Shown: one piece after another, positions 1 to 9,418 of the stretch
Layout: every line of letters begins with the position of its first letter
Position numbering within the stretch: position 1 is the stretch's first letter
Assembly (NCBI GenBank): GCA_050015075.1
Contig: JBEKCB010000029.1
Span: 1-64,000, forward strand
Source: Candidatus Brocadiia bacterium
GTDB lineage: Bacteria > Planctomycetota > Brocadiia > CAIUPP01
Direction of reading: 5' to 3'
DNA length: 64,000 nucleotides
Translations under genes and position numbers: made by a program
Notes under the pieces: generated by a model
Databases searched by the model: none
What the model was told of the DNA's origin: nothing
The model's input: only the letters and a program-made list of their open reading frames with translations

Positions 1-2
1 AG

Positions 3-251
3 GTGATCCGGCCCGACGGGCTTTACTCCTCGCAGCAGCGCTTCGGCATGTACCGCTGGCACATCATGGACCCGGTCCGGTTCGAGAAAGACCTGCGCGT
101 GACGATCCAGGCGCTCGGCTGGCACGCGGACGGCAGCGGGCGCTACCTGCCGCTCCAGGACGACATCGCGTCGGTGGCCTATTGGTACCAGGCGCTGCCG
201 ACCGCGCGGTTCCCGAAGTTGCCGGAGAAGGACTTCCTGGAAGTGATCTGA
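3..251 (+). CDS. C-terminal part of DUF2961 / GH172-like protein (truncated by window edge)
   Basis: Motif YRWHIMDPVRFEKDLRVTIQALGW...DDIASVAYWYQ typical of the DUF2961 C-terminus. Confidence 0.8.
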   Translation: MIRPDGLYSSQQRFGMYRWHIMDPVRFEKDLRVTIQALGWHADGSGRYLPLQDDIASVAYWYQALPTARFPKLPEKDFLEVI

Positions 252-276
252 TTCGGCGGCGCGTCGGCGCGCCCGG

Positions 277-1203
277 TCAACCCGCTATCCTCGCGCGCTC
301 GTACGCGAACAGCGCGATGGCCGCGCACATGAGCAGGGCGGCCGCCAGCCGCCGCACGAGCGTCCAGCGGCTGACCTCCGATTCGAGATGCACGTGCCCC
401 CGCGCCGCGAGCGCCGCTCCGAACAGGATCGAGAACGGCCCGCGCATGGACTGGACGATGTTCCCGAACACCGCCCCGAGCAGCCGGAAGCAGATGAACA
501 GGAAGATCATCGCCGCGAACCACGTCAGCGCCACCGGCAGCGCATCCTTCCACTTCTGAAGCGTCCGGTCCTCCGGCGCGCCCGCGCCCGTCAGCAGCGC
601 GCCGATCCCGCCGCAGATGACGTACGCCAGGCACGCGGCCAGCAGGATGCCCTTGAGTTCGTGGTGGGGCGCAAGGACTTTCGTCATCGCCACGATGCTC
701 AGGTCGGAGAACGCGTAGGCCACGCACGCGCCGCCGATGGCCAGTAGCCCGTGCCGCGGGATGCCGCCGCCGGAGTAGTTCAGCCCCACCGCCGCCGCGA
801 GACTGATGCCCACGGCCACCCACTGCAGTGGCGTGATCTGTTCGGAGAACAGGAAGACCGCCGTGAAGGACAGGATCAGCAGTTTCAGCCCGAGCAGCGG
901 CGACACGCGCGAGGCGTCGGTGAACCTCACCGCGCGGAACAGGAACGTCTGGCCGGTGAGGTAGAAGATGACCGAGCCGGCCAGCGGCCAGGCGTACACG
1001 CGGACGTTCCAGATCTGCGAGCTGTAGCAGAACGGCAGCAACGCCACCGCCAGCACGCCCATCTGCACGTGCGAGAGCGCGAAGAGCACGCTCGACCGGT
1101 TCATCTGCCGCGTCACGAACCGCCGCGAGAACAGGTAGCACAGCGACTGGCATATCGCCGCGGCGAGCCCGAGAACCACGCCTTCGATAATCATCAGTTC
1201 CAT
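277..1203 (-). CDS. DMT/EamA family membrane transporter
   Basis: 308 aa, about 10 hydrophobic segments, EamA-like ASRVSPLLGLK...LFSEQIT motif. Confidence 0.75.
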   Translation of the reverse strand: MELMIIEGVVLGLAAAICQSLCYLFSRRFVTRQMNRSSVLFALSHVQMGVLAVALLPFCYSSQIWNVRVYAWPLAGSVIFYLTGQTFLFRAVRFTDASRVSPLLGLKLLILSFTAVFLFSEQITPLQWVAVGISLAAAVGLNYSGGGIPRHGLLAIGGACVAYAFSDLSIVAMTKVLAPHHELKGILLAACLAYVICGGIGALLTGAGAPEDRTLQKWKDALPVALTWFAAMIFLFICFRLLGAVFGNIVQSMRGPFSILFGAALAARGHVHLESEVSRWTLVRRLAAALLMCAAIALFAYERARIAG

Positions 1204-1359
1204 TCACCATCGAGAAATCCCGCCGGGAAGCCGGCCGATTATACTTCCGGCGACGCAATTCGGCCAGCCGGTTCTCCATGGACGCCCTATCACTGTTGTG
1301 CTAAAATCCTGGCTTGGGTTCGTCCCTGGTATTCTGAATAAGACGAGAGGAGAGCGAAC

Positions 1360-2727
1360 ATGGGCATGATGCGGAGATTTCTTGCCGGCGGAGTCGTCCT
1401 CGCGCTGGCTTGCCCGGCCTGGGCGAGCGGGCCGATCGAGATCACCGACGCGAAGGACAAGCAGATCGTGGAGAGTTTCCTGAAGCATGTGGACAATGTC
1501 CCCAGCCAGATCACCGCCGACGCCTGCAAGAAGAAGGCCGCCGATGAGCCGGAGGGCTTTACGTGGGAGATCAACCCGGTCGCCGCGATGCCGCTGACGG
1601 CGTATGAGATGACCGGCGACGTGAAGTACCTCGACATGTTCGTGCAGGTCTTCGACACCATGCGCTCGGCGATGACGACCGGGCCCGGCGGCTACCTGGA
1701 CTGGTACGGCAAGCCGCTGCCGGGTTTCCAGGACCCGGCGAATCCGGATTTGACGGTGCCGGTGATGATCACCGGCTACTCCACCAGCGCGATGATAGCG
1801 CATTTTGTGGAACTCGTGCGGGCGGACCCGGCCCTGAAGGCCAAGTTCGGCGACAAAGCCGCGCAGTATCTCGATCTGGCCGAACATCAGCTCATCCGCA
1901 AGTGGGAAGTGGGCGGCAACTTCGTGGACCTCGGCCACACCGGCGCGATCTTCCGGACGGAATCCCACCTGCTCGCCGTGAAGGCCTCGCTGACTCAGCC
2001 GCACAACAAGCACTCCATCATCATCAACGCGTACCTGCAGCTCTATCGCGTCACCGGCAATGACGATTACATGAAGAAGGCGATCCTGCTCGGCACGCGT
2101 TACAAGCACTCGCTGCACCTGAATGCCGGCCACTACGAGTGGCATTACTGGGATCCGGCCGGCGCGTGGGATATTAACCCGGCCAGCCCCCAGGAATGGA
2201 AACATTGGATCGGCGTCGAACACACCGGCGGCTACTACGGCTCGACGCTGTCGCAGGCGGTGCGGCTGTATGAGTTCGGCGTGGTCTTCGACAAGACGGA
2301 CATGGAGCGGTTCGTGAAGACGCAAGTGGGCGAGTGCTGGAACGGGAGCATGGACAATCCGCAATGGGCGCGAGTGGACGGCACGCGCTCGGAACAATAT
2401 ATGCAGGGCGAGTACATGTGTGCGGCGCTGGCCCCGTTCAACGACAAGGTCGCCGAGTTCTGCTACGGTCCGCGCGGCCAGTCGGAGCGGCTCAAAGGGC
2501 TGGAGCATAGCTGGCAGGGCGGCCCGGTGGCGCGCGGCTGGATCGCCGGCAAGTACATCGAATTGCCGCGCATGAAGGGCGGCGTGCAGGCCGATAGCGA
2601 GTTCGGTCAGAAGTTCCTGTCGAAGCCGGAGAACCGGGCGTGGTACGACGCGCTGGCGTTCACCGTCGAGCCGCCCGGATATATCGCGCCGCAGACTCCG
2701 GCTGAAATGAAGCACATGCCGAAGTGA
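1360..2727 (+). CDS. Secreted hypothetical protein, possibly an alpha/alpha-toroid carbohydrate-active enzyme
   Basis: Signal peptide (ALACPAWA); repeated helical LYRVTGNDDY / AYEMTGDVKY motifs; RBS GAGGAG upstream. Confidence 0.6.
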   Translation: MGMMRRFLAGGVVLALACPAWASGPIEITDAKDKQIVESFLKHVDNVPSQITADACKKKAADEPEGFTWEINPVAAMPLTAYEMTGDVKYLDMFVQVFDTMRSAMTTGPGGYLDWYGKPLPGFQDPANPDLTVPVMITGYSTSAMIAHFVELVRADPALKAKFGDKAAQYLDLAEHQLIRKWEVGGNFVDLGHTGAIFRTESHLLAVKASLTQPHNKHSIIINAYLQLYRVTGNDDYMKKAILLGTRYKHSLHLNAGHYEWHYWDPAGAWDINPASPQEWKHWIGVEHTGGYYGSTLSQAVRLYEFGVVFDKTDMERFVKTQVGECWNGSMDNPQWARVDGTRSEQYMQGEYMCAALAPFNDKVAEFCYGPRGQSERLKGLEHSWQGGPVARGWIAGKYIELPRMKGGVQADSEFGQKFLSKPENRAWYDALAFTVEPPGYIAPQTPAEMKHMPK

Positions 2728-3068
2728 AGAGAGACTCGTCGCGGAAGTCAGCGGCCGGAAACGCAGGTGCGCCCGAGATGGACGAGTTCATCGGCGAAGC
2801 GGTGGAGGTGGAGCGTGCGCCGGACTCGCCGCGGCCGGTGCGGTTCCGCTGGCGCGGCGAAACCCGCGAGGTGGCCGAGGTGCTCCGGGAGTGGGTGGAC
2901 GCCGGCCACGGCGACCTGCCGCCGCACAGCCGCCGCTGGTACAACCGCAGGCACCGGCGCGGCTTCGAGGTCCGCGACGCGAGCGGCGAGCGCTTCATCC
3001 TGTTCCTGGACTACAGCCACCGCGAGCGCCCGACCTGGTTCCTGGCGCGGAAGATCGTGGAACCGTAG
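2724..3068 (+). CDS. Small DUF6504-like protein
   Basis: PVRFRWRG...VAEVLREW...W motif; GTGA overlap with upstream gene (alternative start at 2778). Confidence 0.65.
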   Translation: MKRDSSRKSAAGNAGAPEMDEFIGEAVEVERAPDSPRPVRFRWRGETREVAEVLREWVDAGHGDLPPHSRRWYNRRHRRGFEVRDASGERFILFLDYSHRERPTWFLARKIVEP

Positions 3069-3075
3069 CCGGCGC

Positions 3076-4158
3076 TCATGCGCCTCCGACGATCTCCGCC
3101 ACGGCCTTCGCGTCGAGCCGCTTCACGGTTTCCACCAGCAGCGCGACGGTGCGGTCGTAATCGTCGGCGTTGAGGATTCCGGCGTGGCAGTGGATGTAGC
3201 GGACCGGCACGCCGATGAAGAGCGTCGGCACGCCGCGCGCGTGCACGTGGATCGGCCGGCCGTCGGTCGCGCCGCCCTCCATCAGGCTGAACTGGTACGG
3301 GATCTTTTTCTTCTCGGCGACGCGGACGACGAAATCGCGCAGCCGCCGGTGGGCGATCATGCCGCCGTCGAGCACGTAGATCAGCGGCCCGCCGCCGAGC
3401 GTGGCCTGCGCCTCTTCCGGTTTCATGCCCGGCACGTCGCCGGCGATGCCCGACTCGAGCACGATGCAGATGTCGGGGTTGACGACCTCGGCGCAGGTCT
3501 TGGCGCCGCGCGTGCCGACCTCTTCCTGCACGGTGCCGACGCCGTAGACGGTGTTCGGGTGATCCTGGCCTTGCAGCGCCTTGAGCAGGTCCACGAACAG
3601 GCCGCAGCCGACGCGGTCGTCCCACGCCTTGGCGACGAGCAGCTTCTTGTTCTTGAGCGTGCCGAACGGCGAATCGGGCGCGATCGGGTCGCCGACGCGG
3701 ATTCCCAGTTTCTCCGTCACTTCCTTCTTGTCCTTCGCGCCGACGTCAATGAACATCTCGTCCTTCTTGATCAGCTTGGTGCGCTCCTCCTGCGTCATCA
3801 GGTGCGGCGGCTTCGAGCCGACGAGGCCGGGCACGTCGCCCCGGCTTCCGCGGATCACCACGCGCTGCGAGAGCACCACCTGGTCCGGCCAGCCGCCCAG
3901 CGGCGCGAACTTGAGGAAGCCCTCGGCGGTGATCATCTTCACCATGAACCCGATCTCGTCCATGTGGCCCGGGACCATGATGCGCGGCGCCGGCTTCGTG
4001 CCCTCTTTCTTGCAGACGATACTGCCGAGGCGGTCGTACTCGATGCGCGTCCGCGAAGGCAGGTGCTTCTTGATGACGGACTGGATCTCCTCCTCGAAGC
4101 CCGGCACTCCGTGCGCTTCGGTCAGCTCCTTGAGCATCGCCAGCGTGGCCTGGTTCAT
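3076..4158 (-). CDS. M42 family aminopeptidase
   Basis: Metal-binding motifs GHMDEIGF, KAWDDRVG, VQEEVG, RYIH. Confidence 0.93.
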   Translation of the reverse strand: MNQATLAMLKELTEAHGVPGFEEEIQSVIKKHLPSRTRIEYDRLGSIVCKKEGTKPAPRIMVPGHMDEIGFMVKMITAEGFLKFAPLGGWPDQVVLSQRVVIRGSRGDVPGLVGSKPPHLMTQEERTKLIKKDEMFIDVGAKDKKEVTEKLGIRVGDPIAPDSPFGTLKNKKLLVAKAWDDRVGCGLFVDLLKALQGQDHPNTVYGVGTVQEEVGTRGAKTCAEVVNPDICIVLESGIAGDVPGMKPEEAQATLGGGPLIYVLDGGMIAHRRLRDFVVRVAEKKKIPYQFSLMEGGATDGRPIHVHARGVPTLFIGVPVRYIHCHAGILNADDYDRTVALLVETVKRLDAKAVAEIVGGA

Positions 4159-4237
4159 CGTGCGCCTCCACAGGGGTCAAAACCGTCCATGATGAAGAAG
4201 CGCTTCATCACTCCTCACGCGCGCTTCTCGACTTCCG

Positions 4238-4561
4238 TCACTTCGCCGCTCTGCGCAGCTTTCGCCTGAGCGCGTGCAGCAGCGGCCGGAGTTCCGCCAG
4301 CTTCTTCTTGTCATGCGCCGTCACGGCGGCGTCGCGCTGCTTCTTCAACTCGTGGATCTGCGCCTTGACCTTCGACTTGTCGGCGAGCTTGGCGACGTGC
4401 TGAGCGTGCCCTTCGATGTTCAGCGCCTTGCACAATGCCGGCAGCAGGTGGTCCTTGTGCATCGTCATGAAGCCCTGCAGCACCTCGCTCTGGACATCCT
4501 TGGCGATGTCGCGAAGTTGAGCGACCGTCATGCCTTTAAGCTCCTCGAACGTATGCGCCAT
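4238..4561 (-). CDS. Small basic protein with Rho-N-terminal-like helical domain
   Basis: ELKGMTVAQLRDIAK...MHKDHL pattern; RBS AGGAG before ATG at 4561. Confidence 0.65.
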   Translation of the reverse strand: MAHTFEELKGMTVAQLRDIAKDVQSEVLQGFMTMHKDHLLPALCKALNIEGHAQHVAKLADKSKVKAQIHELKKQRDAAVTAHDKKKLAELRPLLHALRRKLRRAAK

Positions 4562-4648
4562 GAAGTTCTCCTTTCTCCTGGAAACCGTCCATGCCCGAAC
4601 AGTCCCGGCGATTATACCCAAGACGGCCGCGCGCGGCCAGCGTTCGGA

Positions 4649-5350
4649 CTACTTTGCGCCGTTTCCGATCCGGACTTTCTCGCCGAGGAGCTTGGGCTGC
4701 ATGTGCAGCACGTATGCATCGAGCACCGCCCTCACGCGCGCGAACTGCTCCCGGCAGAGGCTCATGAGGCCGTGGAACCCGCCGGGCATCTCCGCGTTGA
4801 ACCCGATCGCGTCCAGGCCGTGGCGATTCGCGATGAAGATCGCGCGCTCGTTGTGGAACTTCTGCGAGACGATCGTCAGTTCCGTCTGCCCGAAGACCTC
4901 TCGGGCGCGGACGACCGAGTCCAGCGTCCGCAGGCCGGCGAAGTCGCAATAGATTTTCCCGGCCGGCACGCCGGCGGCGATCAGGGCCTCCTGCATGTCG
5001 GCCGTCTCCGTGCACCTGTCCGAGAGATTATCGCCGCTCACGAGAAGGTAGTCCACCTTCCCGGCCTGGAAGAGCCTCGCCGCCGCTTCGATGCGATACC
5101 CGAAGAACAGGTTCCGCCGCCCGTGCGAGACGATCCTCGGGCAGCCGAGCACCAGCCCCACGCGCCGATGCGGCATGGCCCCCGGATCGTCATAGGTCCG
5201 GCCGCCGGCCGAGAATATCACGCAGGCCGACGCGCCGGCGAGCACCAGCAGGCAGAGGATCGCGCCGATGGCCGCCAGCCGCGCGGCTTTCCGCCGGAAG
5301 CTCTTCGGTTTGCCCTGCGCGGCCTTTCCGGCCATGGACCCGTTCACCAT
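4649..5350 (-). CDS. sanA: SanA/YdcF (DUF218) family protein
   Basis: GLVLG...LLVSGDN...DFAGLRTLDSVVRA...SQKFHNERA...REQFAR motifs; start uncertain (ORF extends to 5422). Confidence 0.85.
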   Translation of the reverse strand: MVNGSMAGKAAQGKPKSFRRKAARLAAIGAILCLLVLAGASACVIFSAGGRTYDDPGAMPHRRVGLVLGCPRIVSHGRRNLFFGYRIEAAARLFQAGKVDYLLVSGDNLSDRCTETADMQEALIAAGVPAGKIYCDFAGLRTLDSVVRAREVFGQTELTIVSQKFHNERAIFIANRHGLDAIGFNAEMPGGFHGLMSLCREQFARVRAVLDAYVLHMQPKLLGEKVRIGNGAK

Positions 5351-5473
5351 TGACCGCGGATGGACATCACGGACGACACCAGCGACGGAAAGGGTTGTAC
5401 GTTCCGCAGGCTTCGGTGTCAAGAGAGCCTTCTTCGCGCTCCCGGCGGCCCGAGCGCGCTTCGGCGATCAAAA

Positions 5474-5502
5474 TTGACTCTGCGAAGTCTCACGGTTACA
5501 CT
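5474..5502 (+). promoter_or_regulatory. sigma70-like promoter
   Basis: TTGACT-17 bp-TACACT upstream of the 5571 gene. Confidence 0.5.
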
Positions 5503-5570
5503 GATGTGCCGCGGGCTTGAGAGAGGCCGCCATCCGAGCGGCGCCACGTTTCCCGGAGGGAATAACGATA

Positions 5571-7160
5571 GTGGAGAAGAGAAATTTCCTATGGCTGCTG
5601 ATCGCCATAGCCCTCCTGGGGTTCCTCTTCCAGGCGTTCGCAACGCAGCGCGGCATCGGGGTGTCCAACGACTCGGTAGGTTTCATTTGGTCCGCGCGCA
5701 ACCTCGACCGAGGCCACGGTATCACCTGGGAGGACGGCCGCGGCGGATTCACGCCGGTCGTCTTGTGGCCGCCGCTCTACCCGTCGCTGCTGGCCGGAAT
5801 CGGGCTCTCAGGGGTGGACCCGCTGGTCGCGGCGCGATGGCTGAACGGCGTGTGGTTCGCGGGAATCATCCTTGTCGCCGGCGCGACCTTGTACGCGTAC
5901 AGCGGCCGGAACGCATGGCTGGCGGGGTTCGGCGCGGTGCTGATCCTCGTCTCGCCGGTCATGATTCTAATCCACGCCATGGCGTGGAGCGACCCGCAGG
6001 CGCTCTTCTTCGGGTTTCTCGGGATCTACCTGCTGGCGCGATACCTCGATAATTCCAAGCGGGCTTATCTGCTCGCCTCGGCGGTGTCCGTGGGGCTGGC
6101 TTTTCTGAGCCGTTATGTCGGCGCGGCGTTCATCGGGGCGGCGTGCCTGGGACTTTGTTTCCTCGGCCCAAGGCGCTGGCCGCGCAGGATCGCCGACGCG
6201 GTCCTGTTCGGAGCCATCAGTTGCCTGGGCACGGCGCTGTGGCTGGTGAGGAATATTCACGCCGGCGGCAGCTCAACCGGGCGAGCGGTCTCCGTTCATC
6301 CCGTGACCGAAAAGCCGTTCGGGCCGATCCTGTACGTCCTCTCGCGATGGCTGGTGCCCGATTCCGGGCTGGAGCTGACCCTCCGGCACGATCCGGTCCG
6401 CATGGCGAACCTGCTGCTCGTGGCGGCCGGCCTGGCGCTGGCCTGCTACCTGGCGTTGAGGCGAAAAACCATGCGCGTTCCGGAGGCGAACTCCCCAGGC
6501 CGCCTGCGTTTTCTGCCGCACCTGTTGATCGCCTACGTGCTCTGCTATGGCCTGATCCTGGCCGTGACGCTTTCATTTCTCGATGCCTCGACGGTGCCCG
6601 ACACCCGCATCCTGGCCCCGCTGTACGCGGCGTTCCTTTTGCTCTCGCTGTGCGCGCTGAACTGGCTGCTGCCCGTGTTGAAAGGCCGGAGGGCCCTCGC
6701 GACGGCGGTTGTATTGATGTGCGTCGCGTTCGGCCTCTTCTATTCGATCAGCGCCTTGCGGTGGGCCAGCCGGGCTGCGCGGCAGGGCGAAGGCTTCCAG
6801 AGCCGCGCCTGGCAAACCTCCCGGATCATCGGCGAAATCAGAAAACTCCCGCCGGAGGCGGCGATCTACACCAACAACCCCTTGCCCGTCTACATCGTCG
6901 CCGGCAGGGTGTCGTGCAAAATCCCCGAAAAGTTCAACCTCATCACCATGAGCCCCAACGCGCGCTATTCCGCCGAGATCGCGGAAATGTCGGAGCAGCT
7001 CGAAAAGCGCGGCGGGGTCTTCGCATATTTCAAAGGAGAGGAACTGGCCTCGCACCCTTCCGAGGCGGAGATCAAGGCGGCATTGCCCGGGGCGCTCGTC
7101 TCGGAAGCGCCGGACGGCCGCCTCTACCGGCTGGAGGCTCGACCGCAGGAAGCGCGCTAG
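5571..7160 (+). CDS. GT-C fold (ArnT/PMT-like, GT39-type) membrane glycosyltransferase
   Basis: Polytopic membrane protein; DS motif in first loop, WPPLYP, WSDP, LSRYVG motifs; GTG start after GGAGG. Confidence 0.7.
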   Translation: MEKRNFLWLLIAIALLGFLFQAFATQRGIGVSNDSVGFIWSARNLDRGHGITWEDGRGGFTPVVLWPPLYPSLLAGIGLSGVDPLVAARWLNGVWFAGIILVAGATLYAYSGRNAWLAGFGAVLILVSPVMILIHAMAWSDPQALFFGFLGIYLLARYLDNSKRAYLLASAVSVGLAFLSRYVGAAFIGAACLGLCFLGPRRWPRRIADAVLFGAISCLGTALWLVRNIHAGGSSTGRAVSVHPVTEKPFGPILYVLSRWLVPDSGLELTLRHDPVRMANLLLVAAGLALACYLALRRKTMRVPEANSPGRLRFLPHLLIAYVLCYGLILAVTLSFLDASTVPDTRILAPLYAAFLLLSLCALNWLLPVLKGRRALATAVVLMCVAFGLFYSISALRWASRAARQGEGFQSRAWQTSRIIGEIRKLPPEAAIYTNNPLPVYIVAGRVSCKIPEKFNLITMSPNARYSAEIAEMSEQLEKRGGVFAYFKGEELASHPSEAEIKAALPGALVSEAPDGRLYRLEARPQEAR

Positions 7161-7189
7161 TAGTCTGTTACACAAGAAATGACAGGCAG

Positions 7190-7426
7190 TGTCACCCTGA
7201 GCGAAGCGAAGGGTCTCACACCATGAACCGTTGCAGGCCGCTGCGTATGAGATTCCTCGCTACGCTCGGAATAACGATCTTATCAGTTCGCGTGTAACGA
7301 AGCGCTAGCGTGGTGTCCCGGAAACAAGCTGCATAATGTCCGGTCATTCAGAGCGGAGCGAGGAATCTCATACGCAGCGCGCGGGCAACGCTTTCGTGTA
7401 TGAGATGCTTCGCCGTTCGGCATGAC
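7190..7426. repeat. Two REP-like inverted-repeat doublets (GTCA..GAGCGAAGCGAAG..TCTC / GAGAT..TTCG..GAC type)
   Basis: Arms at 7190-7217 and 7249-7275, and at 7343-7369 and 7402-7426, are imperfect reverse complements. Confidence 0.65.
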
Positions 7427-7442
7427 GCGGAGCACGTCGGTC

Positions 7443-7491
7443 GCAGTGGCGCCCTCAGGCGCTGCTTCGCACGGCCTGGCGGGCACACTAC
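7443..7491 (-). repeat. GTAG-type REP palindrome, copy 1
   Basis: Reverse complement GTAGTGTGCCCGCCAGG...CGCCTGAGGGCGCCACTGC closely matches 50374-50422. Confidence 0.65.
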
Positions 7492-7500
7492 AGGCGGTAA

Positions 7501-7992
7501 TCAGATCTTCCGCCGCCGCTCTTCATCGAGGAACTTCCCGATCCACTCGCGGATCACCTCGCAGGCGTCGGCGTCGGCCTGCGACGCGACGAACTGAGTG
7601 AAACGCTCGAACCCGTCGAGCATCGGGCCGATCGCCTCCTGCTGCGCCTCCATCTTCGCGATGGCCATGTTGAGCCTGTACAGCGTGGCGATCGCGGCCG
7701 GATCGGGGATTTGCCTGGCGGCCGCGCCGGCGGCCGGCTTGCCGTCCGCGTCGGCGACCGGCTTCGCGTCGAGCGCCTGGACCTGCACCTCCCGCAGGCG
7801 CTTGAGGACATCGAGCGAGGCCCGCGGCGACTCGCGCCGCCGCTGCTGCCGCCGCTTCATCCAGCTCCCTTCGCGCGACCAGTTCAATATCGTCTTTTTG
7901 CACGCGCCCAGAGCGGCGGCGATCTGACTGAGGGATTTGCCCTCGTTCACAAAGAGCACCTCCGCCAGGGTTCGGTCCTTCTGCGGTCTCAT
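7501..7992 (-). CDS. DUF1804-like / phage terminase small-subunit-like HTH protein
   Basis: N-terminal AEVLFVNEGKSLSQIAAALGACKKTILNWSREGSW HTH-W pattern; RBS GAGG before ATG at 7992. Confidence 0.6.
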   Translation of the reverse strand: MRPQKDRTLAEVLFVNEGKSLSQIAAALGACKKTILNWSREGSWMKRRQQRRRESPRASLDVLKRLREVQVQALDAKPVADADGKPAAGAAARQIPDPAAIATLYRLNMAIAKMEAQQEAIGPMLDGFERFTQFVASQADADACEVIREWIGKFLDEERRRKI

Positions 7993-8015
7993 CGCGCGTT
8001 CCTCACGGGTCACTT

Positions 8016-8080
8016 AGACAGGATTGCAGGATAAAGAGGATTCGCTTAAGTTGAATCCGGTCCATCCTGTCATCGGGTCG
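8016..8080. repeat. Imperfect hairpin with short-period arms (CAGGAT / ATCCTG)
   Basis: GACAGGATTGCAGGAT...CCATCCTGTC. Confidence 0.45.
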
Positions 8081-8093
8081 AAACCTGTCGTTC

Positions 8094-8241
8094 ATTATAA
8101 GTCATAATCTGCGGCGCGGAGCGGGCGGGGAAAGTGAGTGCGCTTGCCAGCGGGTTCAGTGCGGTTCGGAGCGGTTTAAGTGCGCTTCAGTGCGCTTCGG
8201 AGCGGTTTGAGTGCGCTTTTTTCGGCGAGTCGGATTTGACA
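8094..8241 (+). repeat. Dispersed phased-repeat element, copy A
   Basis: ATTATAA, then 43 bp from its first base the units AGTGCGCTTGCCAGCGGGTTC / AGTGCGGTTCGGAGCGGTTTA / AGTGCGCTTC / AGTGCGCTTCGGAGCGGTTTG / AGTGCGCTTTTTT, then TTGACA. Confidence 0.85.
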
Positions 8242-8366
8242 AGGGGGTTGAGATTGTCGAATGCCGACTTGTCCGCCTTAGCCCTGGCGAAGGCGGATTG
8301 CCGAATGCCGAATGATGATGGAAAAGCGTGAAGGAAAGGAAAGCGGCAGGCTGCGGCATCCTCGGC

Positions 8367-9203
8367 CTACTCTTTTCTCCAATACCTGCCGCTCCAGTCC
8401 ACTTCCTCGAGGGCCGTCTTTATTCCGTTCTGCGATCGGAAATCATCCACGGCTTCCTTGCACCCCGACAAGGCATAGTCGTCTATGATGCAGAATCCGC
8501 CTCGGGATAATTTGCGATACAAATTGGTCAACGCATACATCGTGGAGCCATACATATCGCCGTCAAGGCGGAGAACCGCAAGTTTTTCTATGGGGGCATT
8601 GGGAAGTGTGTCCTTGAACCAGCCCTTTAGAAAGACCACCTGGTCATCCAGAAGACCATACTTCCTGAAGTTATCCTCGACCTGTTCTTTGGAAACAGCC
8701 AGGAAGGTTCGGGTATAATGCTTGTCGCCTGCATCCGCGGGAAACTTCTCCGGGTCGGGTTTGGGCAAGCCTTCAAACGAATCCGCGACAAAGACTCTGC
8801 GATTTTTAATGCCATGAGCAGCTAAAACGGCGCGCATGAAAATGCACGCTCCGCCTCGCCACACTCCGGTTTCAATGAAGTCGCCCTCGATGCCCTCGCG
8901 GATTGCGGTGTCAGCGCAGAAGTGGAGGTTGTTGAGACGCCTGAGGCCGATCATCGTATCCGCATATCCGGGCCAAAGCCGCCCTTCTTCCCTTTTCTCT
9001 GTGGCGGAAGGCAGTTGTTGAACAAGCTGAAAATGTTTTAGCCTGAGAATCCGGGAAATGAGTGAGATGGCCAATCTTTTTACGGCAGGTCGTTTGTAGT
9101 TGAACCTCTCGACTGGAATGGGCGGTTCCGGCCACAGGGCGAAGCACAGCGTCTTCTTCAGCAATTCCAGATAGAGATCTTCGGCTGTTCTTTCCACAGG
9201 CAT
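8367..9203 (-). CDS. TylF/MycF/NovP family O-methyltransferase
   Basis: TMIGLRRL, GDFIETGVWRGG, VADSFEGLP, GWFKDTLP, LRLDGDMYGST, IIDDY motifs; visibly lower GC than flanks. Confidence 0.93.
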   Translation of the reverse strand: MPVERTAEDLYLELLKKTLCFALWPEPPIPVERFNYKRPAVKRLAISLISRILRLKHFQLVQQLPSATEKREEGRLWPGYADTMIGLRRLNNLHFCADTAIREGIEGDFIETGVWRGGACIFMRAVLAAHGIKNRRVFVADSFEGLPKPDPEKFPADAGDKHYTRTFLAVSKEQVEDNFRKYGLLDDQVVFLKGWFKDTLPNAPIEKLAVLRLDGDMYGSTMYALTNLYRKLSRGGFCIIDDYALSGCKEAVDDFRSQNGIKTALEEVDWSGRYWRKE

Positions 9204-9325
9204 CCTTTTCTGGAGCGTGCGCCGCCTTCACGCTACGGCCGGTCCGCAGAGGCCATATTCTCACGATTCCAGCAGCCCCGTCAAGCGCTTTTTCGCCGGC
9301 CTGCCGGCCTTGAGTGGAGCTTCAA

Positions 9326-9408
9326 GGCGCGGAAGGGGCGGGGAAAGTGAGTGCGCTTGCCGGCGGGTCCGGCGCCGTCCGGAGCGGTCCGAGTGCGCTT
9401 CGCAGCGG
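9326..9408 (+). repeat. Dispersed phased-repeat element, degenerate truncated copy B
   Basis: GGCGCGGA..GGCGGGGAAAGTGAGTGCGCTTGCC.GCGGGT matches copy A; later AGTGCGCTTCGCAGCGG. Confidence 0.7.
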
Positions 9409-9418
9409 AACGCGTCGG

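Noticed and set aside
8137-8222. 21-bp tandem units as a mini CRISPR array
   Set aside because: Units are contiguous with no unique spacers, and there are no cas genes in the window.
7501-9408. Prophage remnant
   Set aside because: Only one phage-like HTH gene; no structural, large terminase or integrase genes.
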